Below, piece after piece: positions 20,406-32,041 of a DNA stretch of 64,000 bases. A model generated the notes under the pieces. That model saw only the letters and a list, made by a program, of their open reading frames with translations, made no database searches and had not been told where the DNA came from. The position numbers and the translations under genes were made by a program. How positions within the stretch are numbered: the first letter of the stretch is position 1; the number at the start of each line of letters is the position of its first letter. The DNA is from Candidatus Parcubacteria bacterium (GTDB lineage Bacteria > Patescibacteriota > Minisyncoccia > UBA6257 > 2-01-FULL-56-20), in assembly GCA_027450205.1 (NCBI GenBank), contig DAIDJL010000002.1, positions 7,870 through 71,869 of the forward strand, in the 5' to 3' direction.

Positions 20406-21038
20406 TTAGAGGGCGTTCAGGCTTGTCCCTGCTTCGTACGTGCTCGTACTGTTTCCGCCATCGCTGGTCTCAACGTCGGCAGAACCTCCGGTGGTGTACT
20501 TGGAACTCTCCATCTTTGTGGCAAGCTTGAAGACCGTCGATGATGCGGCATACATGTACATATTCTGGCCGCTATTCACCGGATCAACCGGCAAGCTGCT
20601 TAAAGGAGCTCCCGAGCTCACCGCATTGAAGTCAATCGGAATCCATCCGGTGCCATTGACTGCACGCGACGTATTGATAGCGACCGCCCCTTCGCCTCCG
20701 GCAAAACCCCACCACGTGGGTCCAGCGGTGTTGTAATTGGTCATTGTAGTGGATGCTCCGGAATTCGCAGTAAAGAGATCAAAAGATCCATCTCCTGTTC
20801 CTCCCTGGCCCGTAGCTCCATACATAGGAGTCGAGGTTGATACGTCCGTCGCATAGAGCGACAAAGCGCTCTTTAGCGTGGCGAAGTCGGAAAGACGGTT
20901 TGAATCCCGCGCCTGGCGCAAAAGTTCCGCCGGATTCAACGTCAAAACGACCACGACCGCCAACACCGCGATGATCGCGATAACCACGAGCAACTCAATA
21001 AGGGTGAAGCCTTTTCGGTTTTTTCTATTTTTTATCAT
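20406..21038 (-). CDS. Type IV pilin (probable major pilin)
   Basis: KG/FTLIELLVVIAII..NP....QARDSNRLSD, LPVDP; has its own terminator. Confidence 0.92.
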   Translation of the reverse strand: MIKNRKNRKGFTLIELLVVIAIIAVLAVVVVLTLNPAELLRQARDSNRLSDFATLKSALSLYATDVSTSTPMYGATGQGGTGDGSFDLFTANSGASTTMTNYNTAGPTWWGFAGGEGAVAINTSRAVNGTGWIPIDFNAVSSGAPLSSLPVDPVNSGQNMYMYAASSTVFKLATKMESSKYTTGGSADVETSDGGNSTSTYEAGTSLNAL

Positions 21039-21127
21039 TTCTATATTTTTACTCTATTAAATAGACTCTAGAGAACTTCGACCTTTCCATCTATTCCCTT
21101 AATGATATCATATCGTACTCGCGGAAC

Positions 21128-21889
21128 CTATCCTGTGGATAACGGCAAAAATCCATCGGGAAGCGGAGCTTCAAATGCGAACCGGCTTCCGCCTATGCCG
21201 TCCGAAAACTCGAGCGCCGCCGCGTGAAGCATCATACGCGGCGCGGCGCGGTGGCGGGAGATTTCAATGGCGCGGGAAGTTTTTGTTCCATATAGCGCAT
21301 CCCCCACGATCGGATGCCCGATGCTCGCAAGATGCACGCGGATCTGATGCGTCCGTCCGGTTTTCGGATTCACTTTCAACAAAGAAAATCCATTCCCTCT
21401 ATCATCGCTAAAGGTTTTTTCCACGGAATATTCCGTCACCGCCGGTTTTGCCATCTTGGATGAATGAATGCTCCGCTTGAGCGACCCGGCTCTGATGCCG
21501 ATCGGGGCATCGATCACGCCCTTTTTATTTTTTGGCACACCGGACACGAGCGCATAATACGTTTTCCTCATGCGGTGTTCCTGGAATAATTTTTTGAGCC
21601 GATCGAATGACGCCTGCGTCTTTGCGACGGCCATCACGCCCGACGTCGCCTTATCCAGCCGGTGCACGATGCCCGGCCGGAGCGCCGGGTCGTCGCCGAC
21701 GGTCTTTATTCCGGGATAGCGGCCGAGCAGCCAGTCGACGAGCGTCGGCTCTGCGGCGGGCGCTTCGTCCATGCGACGCACGGCGCCACGGCGCTTGCCG
21801 CTCACCCGTGCGGCATGCACCATCAGCCCCGCCGGCTTGTTGATGATCACGAAGTCATCGTTCTCAAAAATGATCTGCGGCTCGTTCAT
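21128..21889 (-). CDS. RluA/RluD family pseudouridine synthase
   Basis: INKPAGL, VHRLDKATSG, TGRTHQIRVH. Confidence 0.95.
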   Translation of the reverse strand: MNEPQIIFENDDFVIINKPAGLMVHAARVSGKRRGAVRRMDEAPAAEPTLVDWLLGRYPGIKTVGDDPALRPGIVHRLDKATSGVMAVAKTQASFDRLKKLFQEHRMRKTYYALVSGVPKNKKGVIDAPIGIRAGSLKRSIHSSKMAKPAVTEYSVEKTFSDDRGNGFSLLKVNPKTGRTHQIRVHLASIGHPIVGDALYGTKTSRAIEISRHRAAPRMMLHAAALEFSDGIGGSRFAFEAPLPDGFLPLSTG

Positions 21890-21916
21890 GGTGCTTATAT
21901 TGGTATCTTATCACCT

Positions 21917-21987
21917 CGCACAAAAAAAGCAGCCTTATCGCCGAACGGTCATCTGCCTGGAGGCGATAAGGCTGCTTTTTTTGTGCG
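21917..21987. terminator. Long hairpin (26 bp perfect arms) downstream of tRNA-Ile
   Basis: 21917-21942 is the exact reverse complement of 21962-21987. Confidence 0.8.
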
Positions 21988-22055
21988 CGTACTTGGAATC
22001 GAACCAAGGACCTTTTCATTATCAGTGAAATGCTCTACCACTGAGCTACACGCGC
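21984..22055 (-). tRNA. tRNA-Ile(GAT)
   Basis: Cloverleaf; anticodon arm tttca-ctGATaa-tgaaa; TTCGATT T-loop. Confidence 0.93.
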
Positions 22056-22072
22056 GCTTGCCGCCGAAGCGG

Positions 22073-22144
22073 TGCGCGATGGAGGGATCGGACCTCCGGC
22101 CTTCACAATGTCAATGTGACGCTCTACCACTGAGCTAATCGCGC
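22073..22144 (-). tRNA. tRNA-Val(GAC)
   Basis: Anticodon arm tcaca-ttGACat-tgtga; T-loop TCCGATC. Confidence 0.92.
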
Positions 22145-22216
22145 CGGACGGACCGCGCGGGCATGGTTCATCATACGGCCATGCGCGCGAATTTTCAAGG
22201 TGTGTCCCCGCCGCCG

Positions 22217-22558
22217 CTATCGCCTGGTAGTGGTGGCCGCCGCACCAGGCAATGCAGGCGTGGCGGAGGCAATCGATGCCGTCGTTGATGCGCCTTGCGC
22301 GAAAGCGGAAGTCGCAGTAGGCGCGGGCGCGGCGGCCGGAGAAGAAGTGCCGACAGCGATACCGCGCAGATCGAGCCGTGCCGCGCCCGTAAGGTTGAAG
22401 CTGTCCGATGGCTGTGCCGGCGTGAACGTAAACGCCCGATAGATCTCGGTATAAATGCCGTTGCTCGCCCACAGGTAGAACGAAAGGAGAACGACGAGCA
22501 GGATCAGCGCGAGCGCGGCGATGACAGTATCGGGATGTGAATAAAAAAACTTTTTCAT
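22217..22558 (-). CDS. Hypothetical single-TM protein with Ala/Thr-rich tail
   Basis: MKKFFYSHPD start, TM, directly follows the PilO-like gene. Confidence 0.7.
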   Translation of the reverse strand: MKKFFYSHPDTVIAALALILLVVLLSFYLWASNGIYTEIYRAFTFTPAQPSDSFNLTGAARLDLRGIAVGTSSPAAAPAPTATSAFAQGASTTASIASATPALPGAAATTTRR

Positions 22559-22559
22559 A

Positions 22560-23093
22560 TCATTGGGAGAATACCGTTCCCTGCCCCTGGATGGAATAAT
22601 TCGTCCCGTCCCCGGTAACGTCGAACGTGTTGAAAGCAACGAGGAATCCCGACGACTTCGCGCTCACAAAATCAAAGAATGCGGCAAGATTGCTCAACGA
22701 CCCGGAAGCACTGAACGAAAAGATCGCGCTGCCCGGAGTGCTGCCCTGAGACGGAGTAACGGATCCCTGGAATTCGGCGGTGGCATTGACACCATAGTTT
22801 TTTCCCTGCGCGGTGAACCATTGCGCAAAAGCGACAAGGCCATACTGGCTTGGAACAAGCTGGCTTATCGCCGCCTCGTATTGTGCCGCCTGCGCAGCTT
22901 GCCCTTTAAGGCTCGCAAGATTTGCCACGGCTGCGTTCTGGCGGTTAAGCGCCGCGCGGGCGCTCACGATCGCATCGGCATTTGCGGAGAGGTCGCCGAT
23001 AAAGAAATACAACGCACCCCATGTGATGGCAATACTTGCCACGATGATGCCAAAACCGATCCATAAGCGTTTTGCAAACCGTTCATTCATCAT
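22560..23093 (-). CDS. PilO-like pilus alignment protein
   Basis: N-terminal TM, coiled coil, C-terminal FSFSASGSLSNLAAFF pattern typical of PilO/GspM. Confidence 0.6.
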   Translation of the reverse strand: MMNERFAKRLWIGFGIIVASIAITWGALYFFIGDLSANADAIVSARAALNRQNAAVANLASLKGQAAQAAQYEAAISQLVPSQYGLVAFAQWFTAQGKNYGVNATAEFQGSVTPSQGSTPGSAIFSFSASGSLSNLAAFFDFVSAKSSGFLVAFNTFDVTGDGTNYSIQGQGTVFSQ

Positions 23094-23185
23094 ACCCTCT
23101 TTATTATAGTAAAAATACGGAATTAAAACACTGTTAAACGGAATTTCGCGATTTTAAAGAAGTCTGCTAGTCTCAAAACCATTCC

Positions 23186-24232
23186 ATGAACGAAACGCTC
23201 TTTTATCACGCGGTTGCCGTCGCGGCGCATGGCAGCTATCGCTCAATAAAAAACTACCGCGGGAATGCGGGAACCTGGGAGGCCGCATACCACGCGCTTA
23301 AGGAAGCCGGCATACCAGCCCCCGATCCGCGCAAGGAATACGAACGCCTGTGGCAGCTGGACATACGCCTCGCAATGGCGACCGATCCGGAATACCCTGA
23401 TGCACTCCGCCATATTTCTCATCCGCCGTTCGGCATCTATCTCCGCGGCGCGGCGCTCGCAGCGGCGCGACCTGCGACCGCAAAAGAATCGACACTTGCC
23501 GTCGTCGGCACCCGCCGGGCGAGCGCGGAGGGGAAAACAGTCGCGCGGCGCTTTGCGCGCGAGCTTGCGGCATCGGGATTTATGATCGCAAGCGGCCTCG
23601 CGTTCGGCATCGACGCGGCGGCACACGAGGGAACGCTCGACGCCAGCGGAGCAACCGTCGCCATCCTCGCCGGCGGACTGGACAATGTCTATCCCCGCTC
23701 GCATAGCGCACTCGCGCGGCGGATCATCGAAAACGGCGGTACGCTCATTTCGGAATATCCGCCGGGCGAGCCGCCAGTTGAATACCGGTTCATCGAACGC
23801 AATCGGATCATAAGCGGCATTTCCCGCGGCGTGCTCATCGTGGAAGCCCCTGTATCGTCCGGCGCGCTCGCCACCGCGCGCTATGCCGCGGAACAAAACC
23901 GCGAAGTGTTCGTGGTCCCCGGCTCTACCACCACGGCAGGCTTTAAAGGTTCTCACGCACTTATCCGTCAAGGGGCAGAGCTCGTCACGTCACCCGACGA
24001 TATTTTGGACGCGTATGACATCGATAAAAAGAAAAATGCCGCCGCGCGAAGCGGCAAGGCGTCCCCCGAAGAAATCCTTATTCTAAAAGCCCTCGCGGAG
24101 ATCCGAACGCGTGCTGACGTTGACAAATTAGCGGCAATGACTAGACTGGAACCCCGCATGGTCAATCAAACCCTCAGCTTCCTTTTAATAAGAGGAATTA
24201 TCAAAGAATCGAATGGAGGGTATACAATATAG
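23186..24232 (+). CDS. dprA: DNA-processing protein DprA
   Basis: AVVGTR, SGLAFGID..AH, ISEYPPG, RNRIISG, SGALATA. Confidence 0.96.
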   Translation: MNETLFYHAVAVAAHGSYRSIKNYRGNAGTWEAAYHALKEAGIPAPDPRKEYERLWQLDIRLAMATDPEYPDALRHISHPPFGIYLRGAALAAARPATAKESTLAVVGTRRASAEGKTVARRFARELAASGFMIASGLAFGIDAAAHEGTLDASGATVAILAGGLDNVYPRSHSALARRIIENGGTLISEYPPGEPPVEYRFIERNRIISGISRGVLIVEAPVSSGALATARYAAEQNREVFVVPGSTTTAGFKGSHALIRQGAELVTSPDDILDAYDIDKKKNAAARSGKASPEEILILKALAEIRTRADVDKLAAMTRLEPRMVNQTLSFLLIRGIIKESNGGYTI

Positions 24233-24257
24233 ATAATTTACTTTATATTATCCGCAC

Positions 24258-26564
<2,307 letters not shown>

Positions 26565-26572
26565 CAACGGTC

Positions 26573-28342
26573 ATGCACGCACGCGCTGCCGCCATCAAGG
26601 AACTCTATAAAAAAGAACCCGATAGCATGATCGGGAGAGCATATGCGTTCGCGGAGAAGGCGCATGCGGGACAGAAGCGGAAAAGCGGCGAACCATATTT
26701 CAATCACTCGATCGCGACGGGCGGAATACTGCGATCGTGGCACCTGGATGACGCCACCGTCGCCGCCGGCATCCTCCACGACACCGTAGAGGATACCGGC
26801 GTGCCGCTTGAAACGATAAAAAAAGAGTTCGGCGAAGAGGTGGCGTTCCTCGTGGACGGCGTCACCAAGCTCGGACACATCAAATATCGCGAAATACCCG
26901 CGCGGGACGGCAGTGCGGCGGCCAAGAAGGAGCCCATCCGGCAAAGCATGGAAGAAGCCCGGGCGGAGAATCTCCGGAAGATGGTGCTTGCGCTCAGCCA
27001 GGATCTGCGGGTGGTGTTCATCAAGCTCGCCGACCGGCTGCATAACATGCAAACACTCTCCGCGCTCCCCCCGGCAAAGCAAAAGCGCATCGCGCTTGAG
27101 ACCGACGAAATCTACGCATCGCTCGCATACCGCCTCGGCATGCATAATGTGAGCGGCGAACTGCAGGACCTCGCGTTCCCCTATCTCCATCCGCGCGAAT
27201 ACGAATGGCTGCTTTCGGCAACGAAAGAACGATATGCCGAGCGGGCAAAATATCTTGAAAAAATAAAACCTCAGATAAAAAAGATCCTGGAGGACCACGA
27301 CATTAAGCCGCTTGATATCGAGATCCGCGCGAAGCGCTACAGCAGCCTCTACAAAAAATTATTGAAGCGCGACATGGATATCGAGCGCGTACACGACCTG
27401 GTTGCGATGCGCATCATCGTAAAAACGCTCCCCGAATGCTACGCCGCGCTCGGCGTGATCCACGAAGCGTGGCCGCCGCTTCCGCGCCGCATCAAGGACT
27501 ATATCGCCATGCCCAAGCCGAATGCATATCGGAGCCTGCACACCACCGTCATCGGACCCGACGGAAAACGCGTCGAGATCCAGATCCGCACGAAAGAAAT
27601 GCATGACGAGAATGAATACGGAGTGGCCGCCCACTGGTTGTATAAGCAGAAACAGGAGGGAGCGGCCATATCGGGGAAAAAGCTCGCACAGGAGATCGCG
27701 TGGGTACAACAGCTCAAGAATTGGCAGGAACGCTTTACGGGAAACGCCGACGACCCCGAAGAGTTCATCCGCGCGATGAAGATCGATTTCTTCACCGACC
27801 GGATCTTCGCCGTCACGCCGCGCGGCGACGTGATAGACCTCCCTGCCGGCTCCACGCCGATCGATTTCGCATATCATGTCCATTCCGAGATCGGCAATTC
27901 CGCGACGGGCGCCAAGGTGAACGGCGTCATGAGCACGCTCGATCATCCGCTCAAATCCGGCGATGTCGTTGAAATTCTGGCGCAAAAGGGGAAGAAACCA
28001 TCCGAGGACTGGCTCCGCTTCGCAAAAACGACGATCGCGCGCGACCATATCCGCCTGGCGCTGCGAAAAAAGAACGTGTTCGCACGCATGCTCAGCCTGC
28101 CCTCGCACGCCGAATTGAAAATAACCGTCGAGGACCGCGTCGGCCTCATCAAAGATATCTCCGGATCGATCGCCGAAATGCATATCGGCATCATGAGCTT
28201 CCACACCGAACCGGCCGCCGGCAAACGGTTCCACATTACCAAAGTGGATATCCAATCGACGGATAAAAAGAAGATCGAAAAGCTCGTCGCAAAACTTCGG
28301 GATATAAAAGGAGTAAGGGACGTTGGCTATCGGCTGATCTGA
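26573..28342 (+). CDS. rel: RelA/SpoT (p)ppGpp synthetase/hydrolase (HD, synthetase, TGS, ACT)
   Basis: LHDTVED, IKLADRLHNM, KDYIAMPKPNAYRSLHT, EIQIRT, TPIDFAY. Confidence 0.94.
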   Translation: MHARAAAIKELYKKEPDSMIGRAYAFAEKAHAGQKRKSGEPYFNHSIATGGILRSWHLDDATVAAGILHDTVEDTGVPLETIKKEFGEEVAFLVDGVTKLGHIKYREIPARDGSAAAKKEPIRQSMEEARAENLRKMVLALSQDLRVVFIKLADRLHNMQTLSALPPAKQKRIALETDEIYASLAYRLGMHNVSGELQDLAFPYLHPREYEWLLSATKERYAERAKYLEKIKPQIKKILEDHDIKPLDIEIRAKRYSSLYKKLLKRDMDIERVHDLVAMRIIVKTLPECYAALGVIHEAWPPLPRRIKDYIAMPKPNAYRSLHTTVIGPDGKRVEIQIRTKEMHDENEYGVAAHWLYKQKQEGAAISGKKLAQEIAWVQQLKNWQERFTGNADDPEEFIRAMKIDFFTDRIFAVTPRGDVIDLPAGSTPIDFAYHVHSEIGNSATGAKVNGVMSTLDHPLKSGDVVEILAQKGKKPSEDWLRFAKTTIARDHIRLALRKKNVFARMLSLPSHAELKITVEDRVGLIKDISGSIAEMHIGIMSFHTEPAAGKRFHITKVDIQSTDKKKIEKLVAKLRDIKGVRDVGYRLI

Positions 28343-28361
28343 GCACCGCCCTTACGAAACT

Positions 28362-29471
28362 CTATCCCTGGTCTTTCCCTAATTTTCTTAAAATATCCTC
28401 CAGCTCCTCTTCTGAAAAGAAGGTGATCGTGATCTTGCCGTTATTCGCGTTCTTGCTGATCTCGACAGGCGCACCGAGTGCGCTGCTCAATTCATCCTGC
28501 ATCGCCTTTACCTCCGGAGCAAGGCGCACTTCCACGAGCGGCGGGCGGCCGCGGCGATGCGCCGCTGCACCGCCGGATGCGGTCGCCACGTGCTGGATGC
28601 GCTCCCGCACATCGCGCGTGGTCAATTTGTTCTGGACGATATCGTCAAGCAGCGCTTTCTGCATGGCAGGATCCTCGATCGCGATCAGCAGCCGCGCATT
28701 GCTCTCGGAAACCGCGCCCTCCTCCACCGCACGCTGGACGTACTCCGGCAGGTCGAGCAGGCGCACCGCGTTCGCCACCACCTCGCGGCTCTTGCCAAGC
28801 TTGGCTGCGATCTCGCGCTGGGTCATGCGGAACTCCTCCTGCAGGCGCTGGAACGCGCGCGCCATTTCGATCGGATTCAGATTCTCCCTTTGAATATTCT
28901 CTATGACGCCAAGCTCCAATTTTTCTCTCTCTAGATTTATATTGCGGACGATCGCGGGAACACGCGGAAGCCCAAGCAATTTTGCCGCCATGAATCTTCT
29001 CTCGCCCGCGATGATCTGATATTCCACTGCGATGCCGGTCGGCGTTTCCTTCTCCATCTTTGAGACCACGAGCGGCTGAAGGAACCCGAACTCGCGGATG
29101 GAACTCGCAAGCTCGTGGAGCGCCGCCTCGTCAAAATGCCGCCGCGGCTGATCCGGATTCGCGGTTATTTTTTCGATCTCAATGTGGTAAATGGATTCCT
29201 GGGGCGCAGACTCCTCGCGCTTCTGCGATTGCGGCTGAGGCTGGATTCTCTGCTCCTGTGGCTGCGGCCGTGATTGCGCAACAGGCTGAACGGGTTGGGA
29301 CAATGGCGGCACAACCGGCTGCGCCGGCGGAACGAAACCCGGATGCGATTGCTGCGGCTGGGATTGTGGTTGGGACGGTGACTGCGAAGGCTGCGCCGGC
29401 CTGTCACTGTTCGGCTCCTGGCCTTGGTTATTGCTTTTTGGTATCAACGATTCGAGTCCTTTGCCTAGCAT
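28362..29471 (-). CDS. parB: ParB partition protein with Pro/Gln-rich N-terminal insert
   Basis: LGKGLESLI, NPDQPR, IAGERR, ENIQRENL. Confidence 0.96.
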   Translation of the reverse strand: MLGKGLESLIPKSNNQGQEPNSDRPAQPSQSPSQPQSQPQQSHPGFVPPAQPVVPPLSQPVQPVAQSRPQPQEQRIQPQPQSQKREESAPQESIYHIEIEKITANPDQPRRHFDEAALHELASSIREFGFLQPLVVSKMEKETPTGIAVEYQIIAGERRFMAAKLLGLPRVPAIVRNINLEREKLELGVIENIQRENLNPIEMARAFQRLQEEFRMTQREIAAKLGKSREVVANAVRLLDLPEYVQRAVEEGAVSESNARLLIAIEDPAMQKALLDDIVQNKLTTRDVRERIQHVATASGGAAAHRRGRPPLVEVRLAPEVKAMQDELSSALGAPVEISKNANNGKITITFFSEEELEDILRKLGKDQG

Positions 29472-29486
29472 GGTGGTTATTAGCTC

Positions 29487-30308
29487 TTAAAGATTGAAGT
29501 TTCCAAAATTTTCGCTCGCGACCGGCGCAACCGCCTCGGCAAGCGCGACCTCCTGCGCCATCACTTCATTTGCCAACCGCTCGTATGCCTGAGCGCCCGG
29601 GGAGTCGGGGCGATATAAGATGATCGGCTTGGAAAAGCTCGGCGCCTCGGCGAGCGCTACCGCCCGCGGCACCTCCACATCAAACACATGGTGCGGAAAA
29701 TGTCGGCGAATGTTCTTTGAAACTTCGCGGCTCAGGTGTTCGCGCTTGTCGTACATCGTGATCACGGCGCCCGATATCTTGATCGGGTGCGCGAGATTGT
29801 CGCGGATCAGATTGACCGTCTCAAGCAATTGGCCGATACCCTCGAGCGAATAATATTCCGTCTGCACCGGGATCAGCACCTCGTCCGCGGCCACCATACC
29901 ATTCACGGTAAGCAGGCTGAGCGACGGCGGCAGGTCGATCAAAATATAATCATAACTGTGCCGCACGCGGTTCACGAATTTGCGTAAAAAATATTCGCGC
30001 TCGGGAACGTTCACAAGCTCCACGAGCGCACCCGCAAGGTGCGGCGCTGCCGGCACATAGTGGAAATTATAGATGACACTCGGCTTGATCACGGCCTCCG
30101 GCTCCATCTGCCCCAGGATGCCGTGATAGATGCTCCCTTCACCTGCCATCTGGTTATGCCCGAGCGCGGAGCTCGCGTTCGCCTGCGGATCGAAATCGAT
30201 CAGCAACACACGCTTCCCCGCCGCGGCCAGATAGGCGCCTAAATTTACGGCAGTGGTAGTTTTCCCGACTCCGCCTTTTTGATTACAGATAGCAATAACA
30301 CGCGCCAT
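29487..30308 (-). CDS. parA: ParA/Soj ATPase
   Basis: NQKGGVGKTT, DFDPQAN, LAEAPS. Confidence 0.96.
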   Translation of the reverse strand: MARVIAICNQKGGVGKTTTAVNLGAYLAAAGKRVLLIDFDPQANASSALGHNQMAGEGSIYHGILGQMEPEAVIKPSVIYNFHYVPAAPHLAGALVELVNVPEREYFLRKFVNRVRHSYDYILIDLPPSLSLLTVNGMVAADEVLIPVQTEYYSLEGIGQLLETVNLIRDNLAHPIKISGAVITMYDKREHLSREVSKNIRRHFPHHVFDVEVPRAVALAEAPSFSKPIILYRPDSPGAQAYERLANEVMAQEVALAEAVAPVASENFGNFNL

Positions 30309-30377
30309 ATTACCTTGATTTTACCTTTATAAATGGCTAATATCAATTGTGCTAACAAGCGACAGTTGATGTTTTAT

Positions 30378-30463
30378 GCCCGGGTGGCGGAATGGCAGAC
30401 GCAATGGACTCAAAATCCATCGATCGCAAGGTCATGAGGGTTCGACTCCCTCCTCGGGCACCA
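30378..30463 (+). tRNA. tRNA-Leu(CAA)
   Basis: atgga-ctCAAaa-tccat; long variable arm; encoded CCA. Confidence 0.96.
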
Positions 30464-30464
30464 T

Positions 30465-30628
30465 AAACAAAAGAAGCGTCTTGGACGCTTCTTTTGTTTG
30501 CTCGTTCTTAGAGGGAGTCGAACGCCGGAGCCAATTTTTTTAGCAGAAAAAATGGCGAGGCGGTGCCCAGACCAAATGCGAGCGACGGCGAGCATTTGAG
30601 TCGCGGGCGACTTCCTCCTCGGGCACCA
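30465..30628 (+). repeat. tRNA-Leu-linked structured element ending in a 21 bp repeat of the tRNA 3' end
   Basis: Terminator 30465-30499; antisense T-arm 30511-30523; hairpins 30523-30562 and 30565-30608; cgacttcctcctcgggcacca 30608-30628 matches 30443-30463 at 20/21. Confidence 0.85.
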
Positions 30629-30632
30629 CGCG

Positions 30633-30938
30633 TTACTTTCTCGTTCGCCTGCCAAAAACGAATTTTTGCGAAGCGCTCAACGGCTTATCTTTCCGATGGA
30701 TGCAGCCTGCCCAGCAGCAGGGACGGCGCATGCCCTCTTTCAGCTCCGAACATACCCGCTCAACATGTTCCCGCCGCGTCTCCGCTTGCTTGACCGAGGT
30801 GGTCCAGCAGATCCACTCGTTGCGCGCGAGCGGCGTAATATCCTCCCATTTTGCCAGAGCTTTGGGGTCGGACGTAAGCGCTTTTTTTAGGTCTGCCGGC
30901 AAGGCGTGGGCCACGCCGCCGGAAATTTTTTTTGCCAT
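30633..30938 (-). CDS. YdeI/OmpD-associated family protein
   Basis: LPADLKKAL..WEDITPLARNEWICW..KQAETR..RRPCCWAGC. Confidence 0.85.
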   Translation of the reverse strand: MAKKISGGVAHALPADLKKALTSDPKALAKWEDITPLARNEWICWTTSVKQAETRREHVERVCSELKEGMRRPCCWAGCIHRKDKPLSASQKFVFGRRTRK

Positions 30939-30964
30939 AACGATCGGAGTGACAATAAAGCGTT

Positions 30965-31936
30965 TTATATCTCCATTCTCCACGCGGCCCACTTCCCCCC
31001 ATCGGTTCCCCGTTGCGTCGCCTCATATTTTTCGGCGATCATCTTTGTGATCGGGCCGGGCGCCGTTGTGCCGCCCGCACCGGACGCCATCGCCGCTGCA
31101 CTGCCGACGGCGCGCTTGTCCACCGAAACGATCGGCGTGATGCGCGCGGAACTGCCGGAGATGAATGCCTCGTCTGCAATATACAACTCCGTACGATCCA
31201 CCATACGCTCCTCCACCGGGATGCCCGCATCACGCGCGATCGTAATGACGCTCGCGCGGGTGATGCCTTCAAGAAGATCCGTGCTCACGCCCGGGGTGAT
31301 CAATACGCCGTTGCGCACAATGAAAATATTCGCGACCGTCGCCTCGGTGACGCGCCCCTGCGCATCAAGCACAATCGCGTCGTCATAACCATTCAAGATC
31401 GCCTCGTTCTTTATAAGCGAGTTATTGGCGTATCCGCCGTTCACCTTTGCGCGCGACGGGATCACATTGTCGATCCCGTGCGTCCAACTGGACACGCACA
31501 CATTCACGCCCGCACGCGGGAGGATCTGCCCCATCGGATAGACGTATGCGGAAAGCGACTGCGGAAGGTCGTGGATCTTCGTCCCCGCAATGAGCGCGTC
31601 CACGAACACCGTCACACGCACGAGCACATCTTCGCCCTCTATATTATTCCGTGCGACGAGCTCGCGCATCGTCGCTTCGAACTTCTCGTACGGCCACGCG
31701 GCGGCGAATCGATTAAAATCCATGATTGCCGACGAGTTCACCAACCGCTTGTAATGATCTTTTAATCTAAATGCATATCGCTTCTTCTCGGCTTCGTTCC
31801 AGTTGACGCTAAAGACAGTATAGACACTTAGGCCATACAGCACGGGCGAACTCGCGATGCTTACATTTGCATCCTTGAACGGCACGAACGAATCGCGGAA
31901 AAAGGCTTGACCAGTAATGTAATTAAAAGAGGGCAT
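30965..31936 (-). CDS. ilvE: Class IV aminotransferase (branched-chain amino acid aminotransferase-like)
   Basis: LYG, FRL..H..RL, AKVNGGY, EATVANIF, LEGITR. Confidence 0.85.
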   Translation of the reverse strand: MPSFNYITGQAFFRDSFVPFKDANVSIASSPVLYGLSVYTVFSVNWNEAEKKRYAFRLKDHYKRLVNSSAIMDFNRFAAAWPYEKFEATMRELVARNNIEGEDVLVRVTVFVDALIAGTKIHDLPQSLSAYVYPMGQILPRAGVNVCVSSWTHGIDNVIPSRAKVNGGYANNSLIKNEAILNGYDDAIVLDAQGRVTEATVANIFIVRNGVLITPGVSTDLLEGITRASVITIARDAGIPVEERMVDRTELYIADEAFISGSSARITPIVSVDKRAVGSAAAMASGAGGTTAPGPITKMIAEKYEATQRGTDGGKWAAWRMEI

Positions 31937-32041
31937 CGTGATGATTTGATTGTAAAACGATTAAATTTATTTTACAAAGCGCTATATAATATTGACTGTT
32001 CGGTCCTTTATGGATTATAACGTCAATTGGGGGGGTGGATT

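Noticed and set aside
28362..30308. oriC or parS near parAB
   Set aside because: No DnaA-box cluster or parS palindrome seen by eye
32028..32041. ggggtggatt as an att repeat of tRNA-Leu(TAA)
   Set aside because: Short, gapped match, better explained as the SD of the 32042 gene
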